From the NCBI GenBank assembly GCA_051313645.2, contig JBNRSN020000018.1, positions 35,216,001-35,280,000 on the forward strand: a stretch of 64,000 nt of DNA, in the 5' to 3' direction. The DNA comes from Centroscyllium fabricii (lineage: Eukaryota). Below, piece by piece: positions 54,360 through 64,000 of this stretch. The position numbers and the translations under genes are program-made. Under the pieces are notes generated by a model that had not been told where the DNA came from, ran no database searches, and worked only from the letters and a program-made list of their open reading frames with translations. Every line of letters begins with the position of its first letter. Within the stretch, counting starts at the first letter, position 1.

Positions 54360-54890
54360 CAGGTTGAAGTTCATTAATCTGGCAGGGTCGGGACCAGCAC
54401 CCTGCCAAATGGCTTTGGCGGCGCATGCGCAGAGCATTCAAAATGGCGGCTGCGAAAGGTAATTTTCAGCCCTAGGGTCGGGTGGAACTCACAGGACGCA
54501 CTCGATTCTGCTGCCCGTGGTGGATCAGGGAAGCGGGCTGCACGGCTCCAGCCCGGCTCACGTGACGTCACCGCACGCCAGCTTCGGAATGCGGTGACGT
54601 CAGCACGCAGCAGCCTCCGGCAGCGATGGGGAGCCGGGCGCCGAGTTTTGGCTGTACCGCGTCCTGCGAAAGGCGGCAACAGCTCATTTTCTGGGCCTAG
54701 GATTCACCATCGGCATCGGGGTGGTCACTAAGCCGGGATCCAGTGAGTATATGTTAGGTGAAAGGGAAGCCCAGCCCCAACGGTGGCCATTTTGAATTGT
54801 CTGCGCATGCGCCGGGCAGTCGGGAAAATCTGTGCCGAACGAACTGAAGCTGCCGGTTTTTTGGGTGCCGGATTAACGAACTTCAACCTG
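54360..54890 (+). mobile_element. pogo/Tigger-like MITE, copy D, carrying a captured CYB561D gene fragment
   Basis: TA TSD. TIRs CAGGTTGAAGTTCATTAATC / GATTAACGAACTTCAACCTG. Inserted in an L2 tail (AAAGGCGCTA|TATAAAT). Unique core at ~54460-54780. Confidence 0.9.
54626..54748 (+). pseudogene. Captured first coding exon and donor of cytochrome b561 family D (CYB561D1/D2)
   Basis: EPGAEFWLYRVLRKAATAHFLGLGFTIGIGVVTKPGS then A|GTGAGT. Resembles the CYB561D YRxLR...[10 protein letters not shown]...RPG(S/T) segment with a phase-1 intron. The ATG at 54626 needs a 1-nt frameshift to join this frame. Confidence 0.75.
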
Positions 54891-55012
54891 TATATAAATA
54901 AAAATTGTAGATGTCTTCCTGTCAAGAGACTTTTCGCATCTCTATATTACTATGGTCAGTACTGCTCTGAACTTTCCCCTCTCATTTCTTCCAATGTTCC
55001 TGTTCTTCCAAT

Positions 55013-55309
55013 GCCCTGTTCCTGGGACCAGGGACAGGGTCACTGGCAACACTTGGAAGCTAAGCAGAGCCAGGCCTGGTTAGTACTTGGATGGGTGACC
55101 ACCAGGGAATACCAGGTGCAGAAGGTCACGAAAGGAGCCTCGGGGAGGGGCAGTTGGCTGAAGATTGTCGGAATGATGGAAAGATGGAATGGCGGCGCGC
55201 ACAGACACAGCAGCTTTGCTGGACTCTTGGGAGCTTGCAAGATCACATTTTGTTGTTCATGTACTTGTACATTGTATAATGACAATAAAGTTGAATTATT
55301 ATTATTATT
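55013..55309 (+). mobile_element. 5S-rRNA-derived SINE, copy 3
   Basis: Same head, body and (TTA)n tail. Confidence 0.85.
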
Positions 55310-56422
55310 CAGAAGTCCAAACCCAGGCATCCTTGTTATGTTGAGTTCACTTGCCCCACCCCCAGTCTCCTACTCTGAATCTTCAACCACCGCAACGTCT
55401 CTTTTACACCCCATACCCGGTTAGCCTTCCTTCCCCCATTGGCTTTGGTATCTGGAGCACAGAATATAAAACCAAGGAGGCACTTTTTAGACTAGTACAA
55501 GACCTCAGTGAGGTTGCAGTAGGGAGTATTGTGTATAGTTTGGACCAGCTCATTATGGGATGGATATAAAAGCAGAAAAGCAACAGAGAAGGTGCAGTGT
55601 CGATTCACTGGGATGTTACCAGGGGTGAGGGGTTACAGATACAGAGAGACTTAAGAACAGAGGGCTTCTTATCCAGTGGAGCGACAGTTGAGGATTGAGC
55701 GGAAAGGCGTTTAAGATTATGAAGGATTATTATTCGGTGTTTGGTTGCTTTTACGGTGTTAAACGGCAATGGGTTGAAAAGATCAGGAGGGAGGGAGGTG
55801 GTGAGGGGGAGACCACCCTCCCCAGCCCGGAGGCACCCACCAGTGCAACTCCCTGCTCTCATGAGGAAGTTTACAGAAAGGGTTCACACACATTCTCGGG
55901 GAGCTCCATTTATTTGCGCTTCTGACTGGGCTGCAAGTTGCTGACCTCCCCCCACCCGGGTCAGCAGTCACTCAAACAGGCAGAAAGCTCCAGGTTGTGT
56001 TCTTATTCTCAGGAGTTAGGTCTTTCCCCGTGATCCAGCAGAGGAGCTCATCCCCACCCCCCCCCCCCAACTCACTCCTCTGCTAGAGAACCGTCGCACA
56101 GGCACCGGCAGTCCCTCCCACATGTTGGCCGAGCAACGCCTCGCGTGTCTGGGCAGAGATCGGCTGGCTATTGGGCCACAGTGGGCAGCACGTCTTGATC
56201 CGATCCGGTTCTCACCCGACATCCACACAACCGACTTTCCTGATCAAGTTAGCAATCCCTTGCCGATTTTCTCCTCGAGTGAGCGAGGCCAACCGCAAGT
56301 CAACACAGACAGGAGGATGAAAGGTGGCCCCCCCTCCTGGTCTGTGCGGCGCAGCGCCGCAGCATTGGGTGCTTTTGCCCGCCAACCCGAAGGTCTCATT
56401 TTTGGGCGATCGCCTTCTTTTA

Positions 56423-56677
<255 letters not shown>

Positions 56678-57065
56678 TTAAAAAAAGAAATTGTAAAGTT
56701 ACAAGACATGCAACGAAGAGACCAAACTAAATTCAGGTAGTGTTTCCGTGCGATTCACATTACAGTGCGGGCTGAGATATTAATACTCTGTTAAGCTGAA
56801 CTACACAGGACAGGTCGCTCCCAATATTGATCCCGTGGCCAGTGTGGTGTTGGCTGATCACAGCCACGGTTGGCCTCAGTGGAAAGAAGAATCTGAGAGC
56901 AGCCCAAAGGAAAAGTAGTTTCCACTGGGTGAGTTGTAACCAGAGGGCACGTTCAAGAAGAGAGGGGCTAGTAATTGGTCTCAGCACTTGGAATGTCCAA
57001 GCAGAAACGTGGGGGGGGTGGAAGCACAATCCAGAACAACTTTTAAAAAGCAAAGTAAACAAATA

Positions 57066-57751
57066 CAGGTTGTGCACCATTAATCCGCCACGGGCGGGCC
57101 AGGCCCGTGCCGGGAAACTGAAAAAACCGGGAGAACGAAGTTGGACACTGCGCATGCGCACCATTCAAAATGGCCGTGCGCATGCGCACAACATTGGGAT
57201 TGTCTGGCGCGCGCATGCGCAGATCAACCAATAATGGCCGCCGCGAAGTTTTTTGAGGGGCTCAGGCTTGTGTGGCGTTCAGTTTGCCTTTTAGGGCTGT
57301 CGGGCAGCAGTGAAAGGCCGGTCTTGCGAGGGGGGGGGGGGAAAGGAGGGTTGTGCGGGCGCGGGTCGGGCCCAGTAGGTCCGCCTTCCCTCTCCATCGC
57401 CTATCGGGTTGCTGCTGCTGCCGAGCCGGACTCAGGCTGACAGCTGTTGCCTAGTGACTGTCCGCCTCAGTCACGGGGCTCAGCTGTCGAGAAAATAACC
57501 GGCGGCCGTATTGAATTATCTGCGCATGCGCTAACCGTCCGGCGACGCATGCGCAGATGATTCAAAACAGCCGGCAGCCGTTTTGAATGATCTGCGCATG
57601 CGCTCGTCGTTCAGCGGCGCATGCGCAGATCATTCGCCGAAGCCGCGATGGCGGCTGCCATCTTGCGCATGCGCAGTGCAGTCGGGGCAATTTGTGCCGG
57701 CAGACTGAAGCTGCCGGCTTTTCGGGACACGGATTTTCGGTGCACAACCTG
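57066..57751 (+). mobile_element. pogo/Tigger-like MITE, copy E, with promoter-like cargo
   Basis: TA TSD. TIRs CAGGTTGTGCACCATTAATCCG / CGGATTTTCGGTGCACAACCTG. About 8 GCGCATGCGC-type palindromes. Unique GC-rich core at ~57255-57497. Confidence 0.9.
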
Positions 57752-58162
57752 TATTTGAAAAATAAATATTTTTAAAGGGTATGGGGAATGGGACAGTGTG
57801 GATAGCTCTTTTGAGAGTCGGCACAGGCGTGACAGGCCGAATAGCCTCCTGCTGCACTCCTAAATCCTACAATATGAGAAAGAGACTCAACTGGCCTCAG
57901 CACAAAGATGAGGCTGAAGGGAAGGAATGAGGGCGGACCAGCAACCACCCGGGGCAGCGGAAGGTTTTGTGGGGTGTCCCAAGCGTCCCAGAGGAGTGGT
58001 AGCAATACCAGCCTGGGATACCCAGGCAAAACCCTGTCTGCTCGGCCCCAATAACCTGCTGTGACCCCCACCCGCCCCACCCCCAGTGTCATCTCAGAGG
58101 AACAGCCCGCCCACGTTTAATCTGTGGGAGACAGCACAACCAGGTAGGGTCCAGTTACTCAC

Positions 58163-58221
58163 CGATATACCACAGGGGCCAGTAGCTGATGTTGTAGAAT
58201 TTGTTCAGCAATTTGCCTGTC
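58163..58221 (-). CDS. TMEM209: TMEM209 exon 3
   Basis: TGKLLNKFYNISYWPLWYI, ag/gtgagt. Confidence 0.95.
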
Positions 58222-59123
58222 CTGCAGAATGAGATTTTTTTAAATGATAAAACGTGCGCATCATCACTTGAAAATAGAAAATGTATGCGATTAGCTGGAA
58301 CTCAAACACCTTGCGTTTGAACTCAGGGATTTAAAATCAAATTATTGAGGTCCCTCACCCACCCCATCAGTAAGTGCCTTTCTGGGCCACTATTTTGGAT
58401 CAGTAACCCAGCAAAATATCGGATCCCGAGCTAGACTGATGGGCGCCTTCGCCAGCTCTCAGTTACTGACACTGAACCAGATTCACAACATCTCTTATTC
58501 CTCCTCCTTTTTCTGCCAATGTTCTCTTCCCCGACGTGGCCTGCGGCTCCACAGTCACTGGCTTCCTTCCCAATACCTCACTGAGGCCATCCTTCATGCG
58601 TTAGCCCACGCAATGAGTGTCGGCGGGCTGCTCAGGCAGGATAGGGTCACGTCCTCAATGACATTAAATAACGATGGAGCAGGAAGTCTGGCCGATTTTC
58701 CCTGCCTTCACTCCGGGGAGCAGCCAAGTTGGTCTAACTCAGCTCAAATGGGAAATACCAACAGAAAACGCTGGAGAAACTCAGCAGGCCAGGCAGCATC
58801 GGTGGAGAGAGGAGCAGAGTTGACGTTTCAGGTCGATGACCTTTTTTCAAAACTAGAGAAGCCAGGAGGGGGGATAGATTTTAAAGCTGGTGGGGGCTGG
58901 GGAATGGGGGGGGGGGTGCTAAGAGAACAGAGGAAAGATCAGCAACAGGCTAGAAGGCGGGGGAGATAAGAGATATGTGGAGAAATTGAAGAAACACAAG
59001 ATGGCTCAGAATAGGTGTGAAGAGCTTTAGCAGAGTAAAGAAAAAAGCCCAGACGAAAGTGTGGATTGAAAAAAAAAAAAAAGAGAAAATATATATCTGT
59101 AAAAAAGTGTAGTGGGGTCAAGG

Positions 59124-59441
59124 TTATGATCTAAAATTGTTGAACTCTATGTTTAGTCCAGAGGGCTGTAGAGTGCCTAAGCGAAAGAGGAGTTGCTGTT
59201 CCACGGAAGCCCAGCGTAAACTTGAGGAACAATGCAGCAGGCCACAGACAGCGAGGTCTGAATGAGAGTGGAATGGAGAATTAAAGTGACAGGCCACCGG
59301 GAGCTCGGGGTCCCCCTTACGGACTGAACGGAGGCGTGCCGCAAAGCAGTCACCCAATCTGCGTATGGTCTCCCCGATGTAGAGACCACCACATCGTGAG
59401 CAGCGAATACAGTATGCTAAATTACAGGAAGTACGGCTCAA
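59124..59441 (-). mobile_element. Penelope-like GIY-YIG endonuclease fragment
   Basis: NLAYCIRCSRCGGLYIGET...HFNS...EQQLLFRLGTLQPSGLNIEF. An associated terminal repeat lies at ~58755-58850. Confidence 0.85.
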
Positions 59442-60374
59442 GTGGGGATCGAGCCTGGGATCTATCTGGCCTGCATGGCTCAGCTACTCACTGGGCCATC
59501 AGGTGGGGGCAGACCCGGCCAATGCTTCCACCACAAGTCCAAAGATGTGCGGGTTAGGTTGATTGGCCAGGATAAATTGACCCTCAGTGTTAGGGGGATT
59601 GAATATGTGGGGTTACGGGGATAGGGTGGGATGTGTGTCGGTGTAGGCTCGATAGGGATCGAGGGTTATGGGGAGAGGGCAGGGACAGGGTGCTGGGTTT
59701 GGATGATCAGCCATGATCTCATTGAATGGCGGAGCAGGCTCGAAGGGCCGGCTCCTGCTCCTATCTTCTATGTTAAAACAGCCCTTGCTTTCTGACAACA
59801 CAATAAAGGAGCAGCAGAGTTCTCCCCCGGTGTCCTGGGTCAGTATTTATCCTTTACCTTAGAAACATAGAAACATTTAACAACCTTTCATTTATATAGC
59901 ACCTTTAACCCAGTAAAACATCCCAAAGCACTTCACAGGAGCTTTGTCAAACAAAATGCAACACCAAGCCACAGAAGGAGATATTAGGGCAGATGACCAA
60001 AGATGTAGGTTTTAAAGGAACACCTTAAGAGGAGAGAGGCGGAAAGGTTTAAGGAGAGAATTCCAGCGCTTAGGGGGTCAGCAGCTCAAGGCACAACCTC
60101 CAATGTGATTAAAATTGGGGATACAAATAAGTCTAGAATTGGAGGAGCGCAGATACATCACTAAAACAGACCTGGTCAGTGCCATTTGTGAGAGCTTGCT
60201 CTGCCTCCCACATTACAACAGTGACAACACTTCAAAAATACCCGGCTGTAAAATGCTTTGAGGTGCCCCAAATTGATGAAAGGCGCTATAGAAATGCAAG
60301 TTCTTTCTTTCGAACACAAGGTGTAAAATTTTACCCTACAACTGAAACAAAGTAGAAAGAGCAACAACTACTCA

Positions 60375-60548
<174 letters not shown>

Positions 60549-60809
60549 TTACTTTCAGGTTTTCAGTAAAGCAAAAACTGAACGCGTGATATTTTCCATA
60601 CTCCGACAAGCAGCCCAAAGGCACATGGGAGTGTATGGAGATTGAAGGTACCGACACCCAGAACAGGCCCTATTGTTCAGAAACCCAGCCCACATCACGG
60701 ACTCCTGTTAGAACATGTCACAGCCCAATCCCACCCTGCATGGGCCCAGCATTACGTAGGGAGTGGCCCACCATTACAACCCATTAGACTCTGAGTTGGA
60801 AAAGTGCAG

Positions 60810-61945
60810 CTAGAACAGGGGCCCCATTCCCCGGGCACTCAATAGCCAGGACATGGCCCACTGCCCGGGCACCCAATACCCCAGGACATGGCCCACTCTG
60901 AACTCTAAAAAGAAACTCCGGTACCTGCACGCCTGAGAACGTACTCTACTGTATGCATTTTGCATGTAATTTATTAATTTTATTTGCACTACTCTCGGGA
61001 GAGGAGAGTCTTCGTCTCGTTGTATTGTACTAGTACTCTGCAATGACAATAAAACTTGAATTGAATTGAATTGAAAACTCCCCAGGCACCCAATATCCCA
61101 GGGCAGGGCCCACTCCCCAAGCACCCAATACCCAGGGCAGGGCCCACTCCCCGGGCACCCAATATCCCAGGGCAGGGCCCACTCCCCGGGCACCCAATAT
61201 CCCAGGGCAGGGCCCACTCCCCGGGCACCCAATATCCCAAGGCAGGGCCCACTCCCCGGGCACCCAATATCCCAGGGCAGGGCCCACTCCCCGGGCACCA
61301 AATATCCCAGGGCAGGGCCCACTCCCCGGGCACCCAATACCCAGGGCAGGGCCCACTTCCCGGGTACCCAATAACCGGGGCAGGGCAGGGCCCACGCCCC
61401 GGGCACCCAATATCCCAGGGCAGGGCCCACTCCCCGGGCACCCAATACCCAGGGCAGGGCCCACTCCCCGGGCACCCAATACCCAGGGCAGGGCCCACTC
61501 CCCGGGCACCCAATACCCAGGGCAGGGCCCACTCACCGGGCACCCAATATCCCAGGGCAGGGCCCACTCCCCGGGCACCCAATAATCCAGGGCAGGGCCC
61601 ACTCCCTGGGCACCCAATACCCAGGGCAGGGCCCACTCACCGGGCACCCAATATCCCAGGGCAGGGCCCACTCCCCGGGCACCCAATAATCCAGGGCAGG
61701 GCCCACTCCCCGGGCACCCAATACCCAGGGCAGGGCCCACTCCCCAGGCACCCAATACCCAGGGCAGGGCCCACTCCCCGGGCACCCAATATCCCAGGGC
61801 AGGACAGGGCCCACTCCCCGGGCACCCAATAACCAGGGCAGGGCCCACTCCCCGGGCACTCAATACCAGGGGCAGGGCCCACTCCCCGGGCACCCAATAC
61901 CCAGGGGCAGGGCCCAGTTCCCGGGCACCCAATATCCCGGGGCAG
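60810..61945. repeat. 34-35-bp GC-rich minisatellite in TMEM209 intron 1
   Basis: Unit CCCAGGGCAGGGCCCACTCCCCGGGCACCCAATAT. Confidence 0.95.
60900..61075 (+). mobile_element. Rex1/Babar-like LINE 3' end inserted in a minisatellite
   Basis: ...TGCAATGACAATAAAACTTGAA(TTGAA)n tail. Interrupts a 35-bp unit at ACTC. Confidence 0.55.
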
Positions 61946-61978
61946 GAGAAGATCATTGGGCCCCGGCCGCTCACTCAC

Positions 61979-62115
61979 CACCACTCCACTCTCACCAGTT
62001 CTGCCGCCACCGGAAATAGAATAAGACACTTCCGCTCACACACGTCACATGCGTCATCTCGCCTGACGTCAGCAAGAGATTTTAAACTGACGCGGGAAAC
62101 GTTTAACACGTGATC
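61979..62115 (-). promoter_or_regulatory. TMEM209: TMEM209 non-coding exon 1 and core promoter
   Basis: Donor GTG|gtgagt at 61978-61973. ETS-type CGGAAGTG, CRE TGACGTCA at 62064-62071, E2F TTTCCCGCG plus 4 nt plus TTTAAA at 62099-62081, E-box CACGTG at 62107-62112. Confidence 0.75.
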
Positions 62116-62119
62116 CGGC

Positions 62120-62445
62120 ACTGCCCGCAGGACACTCCCACTGCCCATAGGACACACCCACTGCACAGAGGACACTCCCACTGCACAGAGGACACGCCCA
62201 CTGCTCCAGGACTCGCCCATTGACCAGAGGACACGCCCACTGTCCAGATGACACGCCCACTGCCCAGAGGACACGCCCATTGACCAGATGACACGCCCAC
62301 TGCCCAGAGGACACGCCCAGTGCTCAGAGGACACGCCCACTGCCCAGAGGACACGTCCATTGACCGGAGCACACGCCCACTGCCCAGAGGACACGCCCAT
62401 TGACCAGAGGACACGCCCATTGACCAGAGGACATGCCCACTGATC
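62120..62445. repeat. 20-bp tandem repeat upstream of the TMEM209 promoter
   Basis: Unit GAGGACACGCCCA(C/T)TG(C/A)CCA, about 15 copies. Confidence 0.92.
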
Positions 62446-63144
62446 CCAGAGCCTCCCCCATTATTTGGGACTCCTCCCCACATTGACCCAAGGTCATTTC
62501 CTCCGTTTCTCCCCTCCAAGGACTGCCTAAAGGGACTCCTTGCCCTGATGCCGGGCTTACTCATCTCCCCAGGCCAGGGCCCCTGTACTGACCCTGAGAC
62601 ATCCAATCTGCACTGACCCCAGGCCACTTTACCCCTCTCTATCTCCAGGCCACAAGCACAAGCACCAGGACACATGGAGCCCCCAAGCCTCCACTCTCCT
62701 TACAATGCCAGCCAGTCCACCCACTGACCCTGGGCCAGCACCCCACACATGAGGTCACTCTACCTGCTGTCCTAAGCCCAACCCACCCACTGACTGGACC
62801 ACATATAAGCAGACCAGGGCTGGAAGCCCCCAATTTGTTATTAGGTGATTCGTTTAACCCCAGTGCACATGAGAAATGTTTTAGAAAATACAATTTTGTA
62901 TGTTATTTTTTCCCCAGTATTAGCAAATTAAATTAAAATACTGGAAAACAGTTGCTCTTAAGGCTATAGACAAAATATCCCTTATTGGGAAATCAGTAAA
63001 AAAATTGTATTTAGTCCCTTATTTGCCTTTAAGGAAAATGTAAAGGATAAATAATAGAATTTGCATTTATATAGCACCTTTCATGCCCTCAGTACATCCC
63101 AACAGTGCCAGCAAGCAACACCTACTCGCCAGTAACCTGCTAAT

Positions 63145-63832
63145 CAGTGTTCAAACCCGGCACTAAGCTCATGGTCTACAGAGCAGTAGTGATACCCGCC
63201 CTGCTGTATGGCTCAGAGACATGGACCATGTACAGCAAGCACTTCAAAGCATTGGAGAGGTACCACCAACGCTGCCTCCGCAAGATCCTGCAAATCCATT
63301 GGCACGATAGGTGCACCAACGACAGTGTTCTTGCTCAGGCCAACATCCCCAGCATCGAAGCTTTGACCACGCTCGATCAGCACCGATGGACGGGTCACAT
63401 TGTCTGCATGCCCGAAACAAGACTCTCAAAACAAGCACTCTACTACTCTGAGCTCCGGCACGACAAGAGAGTCCCAGGCGGGCAGAGGAAATGCTTCAAG
63501 GACACCTTCAAAGCCTTCTTGAAAAAGTGCAACATCCCCACTGACACCTGGGAATCCCTGGCCCAAGACCGCACAAAGTGGAGGAGAAACATCTGGGAAG
63601 GCGCCGAACACCTCGAGTCTCTTCGCCGGGAGCAAGAGGAAGCCAAGCGCAGGCAGCGCAAGGAGCGCACGTCAACCCAAGAACCCCACCCATCCGCCCC
63701 TTCAACCACCATCTGTCCCACCTGTGACAGAGACCGTAGGTCCCGCATTGGACTCATCAGTCAGCTGAGAACTCATTTTAATGTGGAAGCAAGTCATCCT
63801 CAGTTCCGAAGGACTGCCTACGGAGAAGAAGT
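63145..63832 (+). mobile_element. RTE-clade LINE 3' portion
   Basis: TKLMVYRAVVIPALLYGSETW...CLRKILQI.W...C-terminal CPTC...H..TH zinc-finger-like motif. Flanked by AATCAGYGTTCA, a possible TSD. Confidence 0.9.
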
Positions 63833-64000
63833 AGAATCAGCGTTCAGTTCAATGCCAGGACTCTCGGCTCCAGACTTCATCATGGCCTTGATCCAGACAT
63901 GGATGCAAGAGCCCAATGCCAGATGAGATGTGAGCGTAGCCACGCTAAACATCAAGGGCAAATTTGATCACAGACAGCACCAAGGAGCCCTCAGAAAAAT

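Noticed and set aside
54589-54600. ATG at 54589 as the CYB561D start codon
   Set aside because: It is in frame with the exon but followed by TGA at codon 3, and it forms part of the CRE inverted repeat. The ATG at 54626 with a 1-nt deletion fits better.
54783-55424. 213-aa ORF as a novel gene
   Set aside because: It runs across a MITE arm, unique DNA and a 5S-SINE, so it is a chance fusion. The same applies to 18695-19306 and 31622-32206.
60810-62675. Long Gly/Pro-rich ORFs resembling collagen or mucin
   Set aside because: These are translations of the 35-bp and 20-bp tandem repeats on both strands. The unit lengths are not multiples of three.

Overview
Repeat-rich vertebrate DNA, almost certainly elasmobranch (shark/ray), judged from HE1-type V-SINEs, SacSINE1-like Deu-SINEs, CR1/HER1 LINE tails and Penelope remnants. 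Two spliced genes lie on the minus strand. One is a complete TMEM209: a non-coding exon 1 plus 14 coding exons, 563 aa assembled by hand, with one GC-AG intron. The other is the 5' part of a type II cation/H+ exchanger (cax1-like), which continues beyond the left edge. The most striking signal is a family of five TA-flanked pogo/Tigger-like MITEs built from NRF1/YY1-motif palindromes. Two of them carry foreign CpG-island cargo at the loop of the same internal palindrome. One cargo is recognisably the promoter, first coding exon and splice donor of a CYB561D1/D2 gene (Pack-TIR-type gene capture). Two MITE copies occupy the same TA site of a CR1 tail, and a third CR1 tail shows a TA-CAG-TA excision-like footprint there. 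Also present: three copies of a 5S-rRNA-derived SINE with a Rex1-like tail, fold-back Penelope termini with hammerhead-ribozyme cores, an H2B pseudogene, a solo LTR, hAT MITEs and three VNTRs. All family names come from recalled sequence similarity, not from searches.
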